Shown here: in pieces, positions 50,391-62,135 of the stretch
Numbering within the stretch: the stretch's first letter is position 1
Layout: every line of letters begins with the position of its first letter
Assembly (NCBI GenBank): GCA_965235115.1
Contig: OZ249438.1
Location: 24,180,001-24,244,000, forward strand
Reading direction: 5' to 3'
Length of the DNA: 64,000 nt
Source: Laetmonice hystrix
Lineage: Eukaryota
The notes under the pieces: generated by a model
What the model was told of the DNA's origin: nothing
Database searches by the model: none
The model's input: only the letters and a program-made list of their open reading frames with translations
Made by a program: the position numbers and the translations under genes

Positions 50391-50673
50391 CCCGGAGTAC
50401 AGAATTAGTTATGACAATCCACCACGCACCGTATATAACCGTGCAGGAGACGGGGAGACTTTCACTGATTGGGTCCAGCAGGAAGTACTCAGACCTCTAA
50501 CAGACCACTTACATCAACCATCAGCGCTTGGAAGGGAGCAAGGAAAACTCGATCAACCAACCAAATCTGACCAGTACGATAGCTCCGATACGGAACAGAC
50601 TCAGTGGTCTCGGCATAGATACATGAAGGATTGGAAGGGAGCAAGGAAAACTCGATCAACCAACCAAATCTGA
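50391..50673 (+). CDS. Candidate coding exon of an unknown gene running into a tandem array
   Basis: Strong acceptor (ttttttttcacaaatcatacag), then an open frame PEYRISYDNPPRTVYNRAGDGETFTDWVQQEVLRPLTDHLHQP... to TGA. A possible upstream exon lies at ~50151-50220. Confidence 0.3.
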
Positions 50674-51700
50674 CCAGAACGATAGCTCCGATACGGAACA
50701 GACTCAGTGGTCTCGACATACAATAGATGCTTGAAGGCTTGGAAGGGAGCAAGGAAAACTCGATCAACCAACCAAATCTGACCAGTACGACTATAGCTCC
50801 GATACGGAACAGACTCAGTGGTCTCGGCATACAATAGATACATGAAGACTTGGAAGGGAGCAAGGAAAACTCGATCAACCAACCAAATCTGACCAGAACG
50901 ATAGCTCCGATACGGAACAGACTCAGTGGTCTCGACATACAATAGATGCTTGAAGGCTTGGAAGGGAGCAAGGAAAACTCGATCAACCAACCAAATCTGA
51001 CCAGTACGACTATAGCTCCGATACGGAACAGACTCAGTGGTCTCGGCATACAATAGATACATGAAGACTTGGAAGGGAGCAAGGAAAACTCGATCAACCA
51101 ACCAAATCTGACCAGTACGATAGCTCCGATACGGAACAGACTCAGTGGTCTCGGCATAGATACATGAAGGCTTGGAAGGGAGCAAGGAAAACTCGATCAA
51201 CCAACCAAATCTGACCAGTACGATAGCTCCGATACGGAACAGACTCAGTGGTCTCGGCATAGATACATGAAGGCTTGGAAGGGAGCAAGGAAAACTCGAT
51301 CAACCAACCAAATCTGACCAGTACGACTATAGCTCCGATACGGAACAGACTCAGTGGTCTCGGCATAGATACATGAAGGCTTGGAAGGGACCAAGGAAAA
51401 CTCGATCAACCAACCAAATCTGACCAGTACGATAGCTCCGATACGGAACAGACTCAGTGGTCTCGGCATAGATACATGAAGGATTGGAAGGGAGCAAGGA
51501 AAACTTGATCAACCAACCAAATCTGACCAGAACGACTAGCTCCGATACGGAACAGACTCAGTGGTCTCGGCATACAATAGATGCTTGAAGGCTTGGAAGG
51601 GAGCAAGGAAAACTCGATCAACCAACCAAATCTGACCAGTACGATAGCTCCGATACGGAACAGACTCAGTGGGCTCGACATACAATAGATGCTTGAAGGC
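50525..51700. repeat. Tandem array of 103-112-bp units (~11 copies)
   Basis: Unit CTTGGAAGGGAGCAAGGAAAACTCGATCAACCAACCAAATCTGACCAG...CAGACTCAGTGGTCTCG, with small indel variants. Confidence 0.95.
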
Positions 51701-53922
51701 GATTCACAAGAGAATCGTTACATCAGACATACTCTGTACGCTGCTGATGCTGCAACACCGTTCGACGTGAGAGGTGGGTGTGAATTCCATGCTTTAATCA
51801 GGGTGCACCTATTATTCTGTTCGGCTCGTGCTGACTTAGGCTGACCTAGGCTATAGGTTAGATAAGGCCTCTACTCATTCCAGTTTTCTCTTGTCGGTTT
51901 ATCGCCCGGTTCATCGGCTGTTCAAGTCAATGCCAGGTCAACTAGGTATTTTGTCAACAAGCAGCCATAAGACGATCACTTCATAGCGACAACAGGCAAC
52001 TGGAATGTGGAATTTCATTATATTTCTCCCTTTCTGTGGGTATACATTAATTGATGTATGTAGTCTAAGGCCTTATGGAACCTGACAGCCCATATCTGTA
52101 TTTTGGAGTCACTATAAATAAGAGATAGTCGGTGTTTGCTTTAAGGAGTAAAGTTGTAGGCTTATATTTTGATAAGCCGTCTCTCTGCATGGGGGCCTAC
52201 TGATATCCGTATATGTACATGTACGTACATATGTATGCACGTATGTGGCCTATACGTCTATGCATGGGTGGCCCTATATGTATCCATGCATGCATGTGTC
52301 CATGCATGCTGCACCTCTAACTATTGTGTATTTATAGACATATGCTTGCGTACATATAGGTTAACCTACATTTATATGTCTTCCGCCTTTTAGTATTGAA
52401 GGTGATGAAAGCAGCGGTTCCTACAAGTTGAAATCTTGTGTACCATCCATGCTTTCATGTCCGTTTATGGTAATACCATTCCAGCGACATCTAACTTTTT
52501 CCTCTCAAACCGGATTGGTGCTTACCGACTGAATGTTTTACAAACATTCGCAAGACAAATAATGCAGTGGTCGGCTTTGAGATTGGGAACAAAAGAAGGT
52601 TCGAACTACATCATTTTTTTTGGATTTGCCTCCCACCCGCATGTTAAACTGGATTCTCAGATATCCCCATGAGTCACAAAGTATCGCTAAGAGAACGGAA
52701 GGTGAAAAGCCAGATACATGTGCGTGTGATATATGAACACCCGCTTATATATACCCGCTGCCTTCCTCTTCCCAGCTGTGTCTTGTCAGGATGTATTTTG
52801 GTGATCACTACACCCGAAACAATCACTTAGGAAGAACCCCATTTCCTTTAACCTGCAGAAGTTGCTTTGAGTGTGCAGACCACGTTCGGTTCGGTCTCTT
52901 ACCGCCGCATCCCTGCGTTCGTTCAAATATACATTTTGCTTTACCCACGTCTATATACTTCATCCGTGTAAACAACGGCTTCGGCCCAACCAAGAACAAA
53001 CACATAACCACTTTATGGATTCCGGTGCTCAGTCGTTGAGGGAATGGCAAAATGCATGGGCAGTTCATTAGGAATGCTCAACGCGTGCACCTCACCGCTG
53101 TCAGTATCCCATTGAAATGGATCTCGCAGACATCTGTAAGTATTGAGACAGTAATCTTACCTGGTTGTTAGTAGACGGCACACACCGAGATGGGGTATGG
53201 CGGCCAGTAGATACAGCGCACAACAAGCGGTTTACATGTAAAAAGGTTCATATAAACAGGTAAAGGCCAAGAGGCATTACGTGAATGTCCTTTTCTACGC
53301 GCACGAGGAGCTACACATAAATTACACTTGTTTCTGCACACCTGGACTACTGGCTAACATTTTAATCCGGCCATGGCATACACGGGTAAATAAGGTTTGA
53401 CCTTTTTATACTCAGCTTCTTTCTCGGTTGTTAGGAATTATACTTTACCAAACACAAGATCATGTATAGGAAAACAAGGTTTTTCCTCCCTTTGGGGTTG
53501 TTTGCATGTTTTTCTTATTACATTGTACCGCCATATAAATACATCATCTTTGATTGACCTTTTATAGTTTTTAGAATTGCATTTGCATGCATGTTGAGCT
53601 TAGCAGGCGCTTCTTCGTGACTCTCTGGGAGATTACGGTAAAAGAGATGGTAAAAGAGACTTGCTGGTGACATCATTGTTGACTGGCTGTTGCAAGGCCC
53701 AAATACCCACCCACCCGACATCATTGTTGATCGTCATAATGCGTGGGGGCTTACAGATTTATGTGGTTTTGTCCATCAGCATAGGCTTTTTAAAAAGGTG
53801 TAACCAATATTTGCGCTAGCCTTATAGCCTTTTTATAGGGAGGCCCATTCCTCAAATCGTGAACTGTTAACAGTCCAATAATGAAATGAGCTCTTTCGCC
53901 CTTTGAATCGTATGCAGAAGAG

Positions 53923-56900
53923 TTGGTGCGACTCCTGAGAGGGGATATGACCCGTCCGTCCCGCTGTCTGCTCTGCGCCCGTCCCGTCAAAGTTGGACTT
54001 CTCCTCGCCATCATTCTCGTGGCCTTTCTCCACCTCGTGCCCGGTCCGTACTCCCCACATGACTTACCAGCGCATAGAGACGTCCGAGCCAGGACCAACA
54101 GGAAGCAAACCTCAGGGTCCCGGAGACACGGATCGGACCGGCGGACCGGGCAGCACCAGCGGCCAGAGGCGCCGATGCGTCAGCTGCACGCCGAGCCTCC
54201 CGCGCCGCCTGGCGTTGCCGATTTGAAGAAAGCAGACGATCGTCTTCAGCTACGCCCGCCACTCTTGCCCGTACCACCAGACATATCGCCCAAACACTCG
54301 GAGCATCCCTTGAAAATCATTGCAGAGGAGAAGAAAGCGTACTTTCCGTGCGCTTGGGTGGACTACAAGGCAAATGATGTGAGGGTAGTTCATCAATTAT
54401 ATATTAGGCCTATATAATATTATAGGGGAGCAATTATTTGTCATGAAGTGAGAGGACCTATAATATTGGATAGAACAACGTTAGAAAATCCATTAAACGA
54501 CTTCTAAAATCGTGTCCGTAGATCTCTATGTGTGCGGGAGTGTGTGCGTGGGAACACCTGTAGTAAGACAAATACAGGCTCGAAGGGTCCGAAAAAAGTC
54601 CGTTAAATATTATCAGCACTTTTTTCACAATGCACACCCTGTTTATTTCTGTCAGGATCTCACGCATCACGTGATTGTCACCTTCCGAAAGCTTGGTTAC
54701 AAGATCCACCACCGAAACGAGACGTTCGTCGACTGTGACGTCATCTGGACGTTCGACTATCCGTTCTGGAGTAAATGTTGGAACAAGGACCTCGTCCGCC
54801 ACATTACTCGGCGGCTAGGACGCTATCAAAAGGTATGCGTTTTATAAAGTCAGCACCGACCCCCCCCCCCCCCCCCCCAAATAAGGTCCCATATGTCAGG
54901 GGAGAATAAGGCACATATCCGATAGGAAATACCCTACATTGAAATTGGGAGGTCGTATAGCCTCCCTTCCCTCTATCCTTGATAATGTGAATATACACAT
55001 AGAGACAGAGAGAGAATGAAAGAGAGACGTGACCAGAAAGACAGAGAGAGAGAGAGAGAGACAGAGACGTGACCAGTCTATGCTGTAGGTGAATCACTTC
55101 CCCGGTATCGGTTACGTGGCCGACAAGGTGAACCTGGCTCGGTCGAGCTTCCCTTTCACACCGCCCGCTTTCATCCTGCCGGGAGAGGCTGAAGACTTTC
55201 TGAAAGCGGTAAGTCCACCTCCTTTATACCAAACAATTATACATTTGCATCTTTTCCGTTAACGTATACATTTATCTTGCCCGTGTAGAGCAAATACCTC
55301 GTTTCCGACTACACTCTTGTACATTACGGCTTTTATATTGCATTTGAACCTTAAACGTCGGGGATCTCAGTTCTAAAATTTGCTTTGCCGCTTGAAAGGC
55401 TATTGTCAGCATGGTTCTGTGGCCGCGTATGTATGGGGACATAGGCTAGGTGTTGGTGTCATGAGTGCGCAGCCGGCCGAAAAAAGGAAGCAGAGTGAAG
55501 GAGTGGCTGGATATCAGCAGGCCTACAGAGCCATTGGCCAAAAAGAAACTTTGTTGAACCATTATGTTTTCCTGTAAGAACAACAAAAAATCTGCCTAGT
55601 ATGAATCGTACACTTCTTCAGATCTAGGCCTATATGCTTATCAAAACTGTGCTTCACGGTCTCCTGTTTGGGAAGGGTTTCTCTTGCTTGATGTGAACAT
55701 TGCACCTTTTGCCCAGTAGACGCGCCATCACCCGACATGGATGTGGGTTCAGAAGAACAGGGGTCACCGCGGGGTGAAGATCACCAAGCCCCAGGGTACG
55801 TGCCCACATGCACAGCTCTTCCCCTTTCGGAAAATCTCGGCTATTCCCGGAATATTCAGGGGTTAGCTCTGCCCATAGACAATAATCACGCGCACGCGCA
55901 CGCGCATGCGCACCACCGTACCTATGTGGAAATGATTTAGTACGCGTCTTTGCTTTTGTTCAAGGTATTATTACTCAGAATGTGGCAGGAGGTGAAAATT
56001 ACACCCGTATTAAAGTGGTTGTCGCACGAGTTTCATGAAGGCCCTGACAATTCCTAATGTGTAAAAAATGATAAAAGTGGACAAGTCGTCTTCAATACGA
56101 TTGGAAATGTTCTGTTTTAGACACGTTCTCATGAAAAGACGGATATTATGATAGATAAACTGATTATCAATGCTTAACCCATGTCATAACAACCGTGAGA
56201 TATTTCCAGAGGTTGACCTGCGAGGTAATGGAACTTTCGTGCAGTACTACGTAGATTCACCACTACTAATCGACGGACGGTAAGAAAGAACAATGTCTCC
56301 CCAAGATATTAGTGGTACCCGTTAATAGCTTAAACCTGTTTGTAAAGTTAATAATATGACTGATATAGTCCCCCCCCTCATCCTTCATTTATTTGGTAAA
56401 ATGAGCTCGAGGAAATCCAAAATTAGTGGGAAAGGTTTATAAAACCACTTAATTTGTTTTCATAGTCCTGAATGGGTCCCTTAATCGTACGATCTCCGTG
56501 CATTACGACGTTGAGGTCATGAATATCATGTCCATATATACTGTACACATATATCTTCGACCAGGAAGTTCGACTTCAGCGTTTACGTAGCCTTGACCTC
56601 AGTGAACCCGCTGAGGCTCTACATATATGGCGGGGACTGGGCTGTGAGGTAGGCACCGACAGGAGCAAACGTCATCAGTAGACATTTTATCAGGCCACGC
56701 AAGTTTGTTTTACGCCGATTGTCAACAAAGTGTATCACTTTAATAAATAAATCCTGAGGAGACAAATTCACCTAAGAAAACAACCTCTTGCTCTTGAATT
56801 TCACATGAAATCTAGCGTTTTATGTATACCACCAAGGCTGCCCCAAGATTTGGACTACTTGATTTGTTCAGATTTTGCCGGAGGCCATACGAGCCGTTTG

Positions 56901-59900
56901 ATGCCAGCGACACGAATCGTTACGTGCTGTATGGAGCGGACCACGTGCCCATCTGGGAGGTAAGGTCATGTGCCTGGCAAACTACTCCGAATAAAGCCCT
57001 AATCTCATACACGGAACCTTTTTGTGCCTCAAAATCGAATGATGTCGCCAAGCTCCATTTTGATATTCCAAAACCATTCTCAGGATTGTAGTGTATTACT
57101 GTCTTTACAATAAAACCAATCTCAGGATTGTAGTGTATAACTGTCTCAACGATAAAACCATTCTCAGGATTGTAGTTATAACTGTCTCTACGATAAAACC
57201 ATTCTCAGGATTGTAGTGTATAACTGTCTCAACGATAAAACCAATCTCAGGATTGTAGTGTATAACTGTCTCAACGATAAAACCATTCTCAGAATTGTAG
57301 TGTATAACTGTCTCGACGATAAAACCATTCTCAGGATTGTAGTGTATAACTGTCTCTACGATAAAACCAATCTCAGGATTGTAGTTTATAACTGTCTCAA
57401 CGATAAAACCATTCTCAGGATTGTAGTGTATAACTGTCTCAACGATAAAACCATTCTCAGGATTGTAGTGTATAACTGTCTCAACGATAAAACCATTCTC
57501 AGGATTGTAGTGTATAACTGTCTCTACGATAAGTGTCATTATGTAAGAATGGCAGACGACCAGATACATTTTCATTACAGATGCCGTCCCTTACTTACTA
57601 CTGGAAGTCGGGCTATGGGTTTAAGAAATCACTATTTATATATCTGAAGCAAAAAGGTATTTTTCTTTGTAGCATTTTTAAGTCATGTTCCACCAATTGT
57701 ATGTACTCAGACGACAGATGAAGATCAACTCATAATTCGTAGCTATTTGGATCATGGTGCTCCACCTAAAACTCGGTCTACAACATTGCACAACGGCAAG
57801 AAACGACTCTGTGTTTTTGTATCAGAGAGAGTCATTTTCGACAGAAAATCTATTTCCGGTATTCGTAAATCATCTTAGTGTGTATCGTTTCGCAGGACAT
57901 GATATCGACAAGCTGGAAAGTTCCATTTACGACATTGTCCGAAGTGTCTTTCAAGCCAAAGAAAAAGACTTCGTTCGAGCTGTTAAACTTGATTTCTTTG
58001 CATACAATGATACAAGGTAATCCTTCTGGGTTCTTTCCTTCAAAGTTTACATGATACATGTATAATACAGTCACAGTTCAGTTTCCAGAATTATTACCTG
58101 ACTGGTGTGGATGGTAGAAACAAAAGATGAAAGGCTCGATCCATCAACTACCTTTTGCATTTGTGATGTTAAATCTTTACTCATTTGCCTAATATGAAGC
58201 TGCCCCCTTACACAGAAATCTCTTCGAATTGGTGCGTTTTGACTTCATACTTGACAAGACCATGCGAGTCTATCTAATGGAGGTATGAAATTAATTTAGA
58301 TTCTTCGTGAAAACAATGGCCGTCTTACCTCGAACCAGTTGACCAAACATAAAAATGAAAACGTTACTTTATCAAATATTGAGTAATATTACAGATAAAT
58401 ATGTCTCCTGACCTGTCGACTGTACATGGAGGTCCTCGCGGAGAGCTCTATCAGAACATCATCTATGGATTCCTAAGTATGGCGTCGATCAGCACTGTTT
58501 TAAAGGATAAAACGGGAAAACGGTAGGCCAATACCCAATCTTTAACAAAAGAACTTTGTGAGACAGAAACCTTTTTCTTGTATAACAGTTTTACATCTAA
58601 TGAGGTTTTAGTGGCATGAAATGCATGGATTTCGTACTGATTGTTCGTAACTTGTCTTATCTAGGATTAGCCAAATACGAACATAATCTACACCCACATA
58701 GTAGAGTGTGCTGTAAGACTTTCTGCTTTGGACATTCTGAATGTTTGTGGTTTAAGCCCGGTGCACTCGAACAGGGGGGATACAGTTCTATATACCTAAA
58801 GACTAAATTTCGATGTCCCTTGGGAATCCTATTCCGTACTAAGTACCAATATTTTGTAGCTTTAAGGTCAATTCTTAAACGTCGTGAACACTTATAGGCC
58901 TAGGCCTAATGTTTTGTGTAAAGGTTCCTAGTAGAAATTGGTCAACTTTGGTATTGCTATTATGTTCTGGGGTCCACTATTTATTCTTATCTCTTGACTC
59001 TGGAAACAAGTAGGTCCTACCGGCACAGTCTAATAGATGTATAAGACAAGAATTGGTCCCTCTATAGGGTCCTTGGTGACACGGGCTTGATGGTATCGAC
59101 GCGTGATCTGCGCGTTTTCGAGGACGAATGTGAATCCAACCGGTGTCAGGATAGCTGTGAAATTGATGTAAGCAATCCTTCATCCACTTGCCTGGAGAGA
59201 AACTCGCGAAAACTCCATACTCACCCAATTTGGGTAAAAATGCCTTGAACTTTCTTTGCACACATTTCACGCGGATCTTGGGCTCCGAAAGGGGTGACAA
59301 GGATCCTCTAAATTTAAAGGGGTGCAATAGGAGTCCGGTGGGACCCCCTGCATCCTGCCACTTCATCCACCCATGAATGGTGATGCAGTACGCACAAGCC
59401 CTCTTGGGTCTCCGCTAGGGGGCCAAGGCCAAGTTGGTAGAAAAGTGAACGTGAGCACGTGGGTAGGCCATAGATGTGTACTAAGACAGTACACATCTAT
59501 GGATAAGCCTACTCATTGATGCCTCACTTGGCAAGGCAAGGCGGTCGAAATGCGGCAGCGCCTACTGGCGGGACTTTGGGGAAACCGGAAACAGATAACG
59601 TCTGGATTGCATATTTTTCGAAAATTCCCACCAGGGTGCGCTGCGGCATTTCGACCTGTTTGTGCAAGGCATTGAGCCGAGTCCTCATTATACAAAAAAC
59701 AGTCTTTTCCGGATAGCCTAACATATCTCACACGTCTGGCGTTCGTTTTCCGGATAGCCTAACATATCTCGCACGCCTGGGGTGCGTTTCAAAACAATTG
59801 TAACCCTGTCGTGCGTAAAAATCCCCATTGAAAATACATTGGACAAGCTAATGACAGGTTGTGAAACGCACCCTCCCCCTTGGGGGGGGATAACTGGACG

Positions 59901-60445
59901 GCCAGTTATAACTTCATTTTTCTCATCATTCAAACATGAAATTTTAACATGGTGTTTGCTGAGGGTAACTTTTTGAGGAATTTAAGATGCCGCTTTAAAT
60001 ACACACTGAATTTGTTTTGTGTACGTCTCTAGGTGTGTCAGTTGTGTCCAGGGTGTCTGAAGAGTGATATTGAAGAGCAGCTCCGTACAGCGCACATTGA
60101 ACACAATCACAAACAAGGCTTTAGGCGTCTCGTGCCGAAACCCTTCGCGGTAAGGTGCTCACCAATACATAGGCCAATAATGAGGTCGACTCTGGAGTTT
60201 TTAAATTTTTTAATAGTGGAGTTTAGGTGAGGCGGGAGAGGTAGTCTATCCAAATAGAATGTTTAGGCTACACCAGTGTCGGATTTGTCTGTTATCACGA
60301 TGATGTTACTCTTCAGAATCAGCAGCATGCACGATTGTGGACGTTAGAGGACGACCCCGCCGTGAAATCAATGACTCAGGTCAATCGTCTGCTTTACATC
60401 TGGTTTCGCGGGAAGTGTTTACAGGATGCTAACTGGTGTTCGTAG
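53923..60445 (+). CDS. ttll-15: TTL-family ATP-grasp ligase, TTLL15-like, with signal anchor and long Pro/Arg-rich stem (paralog B)
   Basis: Exons 53923 (or 53947)-54378, 54656-54832, 55089-55208, 55720-55795, 56210-56279, 56565-56648, 56872-56959, 57581-57656, 57896-58016, 58216-58282, 58395-58522, 59068-59167, 60033-60149, 60317-60445; all GT-AG and in phase. Motifs: CDVIWTFDYPF, VNHFPGIG, WVQKNRGHRGVKI, FVQYYVDSPLLIDGRKFDFSVY, FELVRFDFILD..LMEINMSP, WFRGKCLQDANWCS*. Confidence 0.88.
57070..57531. repeat. 42-bp intronic minisatellite (~11 copies)
   Basis: Unit AGGATTGTAGTGTATAACTGTCTCAACGATAAAACCATTCTC, in intron 56960-57580 of paralog B. Confidence 0.95.
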
Positions 60446-61332
60446 TGGAAATCATCGGGAAACAATTAGATTATTTATATTCCATTTCATTTCCGGTGAT
60501 CCACACTTTACGAAATCGTCAGGAAGAACTAAGTGGACTGTTAGTGAAGGATACATTCTATAGGGTAAAGAGTGTACACGTTTGTCTTCACCGACGGTCT
60601 ATGTAAACCATCTCCATCAAATAAACGAATCATACACCAATTCTTTGAGCGAGACTTCATCATGCCACTTCATTTATTTCCCAGGAACTGGTCAAACAAT
60701 ATATGTACACATTTAGTCATGCTAATAGAACGGATCGTACGCTCTGAGGTCCAATGATATACTGAACCCAAGTGGAATCATCTGTTCACCCCCCCCCCTC
60801 CCCCCGCCCAGCCCCACAGGTCATAAACGATGGGTCAGTTCGTACGATTGCACGTGTTGAGACCAACCATCTTTCTTCTTTCTTATGTTCACTTTGACGG
60901 CAAGAACGCAACATTTAGTCCAAAAGAAAACTAATTAGTAGTAACAAAATCTTGACTAATACTGTGCATCGTGCGTTTGTATCTTCAAGTGCTCAAACTT
61001 TCGCCTCAAAAGAAATCATTATAAGCCTGCTGATAATGATCTTGAGGACAATCCGTCACGAAGGAAGATCTAAGGTTGAAAGGTGGCTTTCAAACGGAGA
61101 ATCTTACATTTCCACAAAGAAAATCCAGATATTCTTCTTTGCGGTAATAAGGCTATATAAGGTATTCCGCCTATAGGTCTACGAGGCCCCCTTTGTCGTT
61201 TTGGCACTGACAGACCATAATTATGGTTGGTCCGTCTTTACTGAATCCAAGATGTAGGCTCGGGGTCCAGTATTTGGTATGTTCTGTTCCATATGGTACG
61301 AACACCAAACGCAGTTCCATTGTGGACGGGAT

Positions 61333-62135
61333 CTAGGCGAACGAGCTGCCGAACCTGTAGCCGGGGGATGAGGACGTGTGTTTGTGGATGTCGGCGGGTC
61401 CGTTGTGAAGGATGTTAGTGATGGTTACAGTCGAGGTGACCACGGCAGGACTTTGAGTTGCCATCATGATGCCAGCCTTGAACATCTTCCAACCGCCCTT
61501 CATCACACGCCACGTGATCTTCTTGGCCTAGTCAGGAAGAACATATAAAGTCCTCACCCAATTCTAATTTAGGCCAACAAATATAACATACATTTTAAGA
61601 TATCTGGGGCTATATTTCCGTTACAGCTGTTAAAGAAAATAAGGACATATACGGAGGAGCATATAAGTAGATCTACAGTCTATAGCAAGGCATGGGCAAT
61701 GTTATGATAAAAGGATTGTGTGATCACCTTTCTAAGCCTTTTTCGCTTCTTAGAGTGTTTTGTCGACGGATGAGCGGTGAGGCTGTCTCCGTCATATGGG
61801 CAAAATGCCTTGGTGTCTTCCCATTCGCTTTCTGATGTGGGTTCAAAGTGGACCCGTTTCCGTGTGTGGGTAATTTGGCTTTCGTAGTGAGGGCACTGAT
61901 CTAAGATCGGGTCAGTGCCCTCAACGGTTCTTTCTGAACACTGGGGATCAGGAATGATGTCATATTCCGGTAACACGTCCTCGATGGTCCTCCCGTGACT
62001 GCCCGGTCCAGTCTCCCCCGAGGGCAATAGGCAGTCGTTCTCCTCCAGGGAACTGTACCGTTTCTTTACCCAGAGTCTGGAGATGAAACGCTTGACGTCA
62101 CCGGTGTGTGGAGTTATACTGGAAGTGCTGCGCAT
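61333..62135 (-). CDS. Uncharacterised ~200-aa protein (2 coding exons)
   Basis: CACCATG start at 62135. Exon 61728-62135 (136 aa) and exon 61333-61527 (AKKITWRVMKGGWKMFKAGIMM...FGSSFA*) join at a phase-0 GT-AG intron. The acceptor is near 62191 and an upstream 5'UTR donor near 62946. Confidence 0.65.

Noticed and set aside
24153-60445. A ciliary gene cluster (CFAP97 domain next to 'tubulin glutamylases')
   Set aside because: The TTL-like proteins look membrane-anchored and lumenal, and adjacency in an animal genome does not imply shared function.
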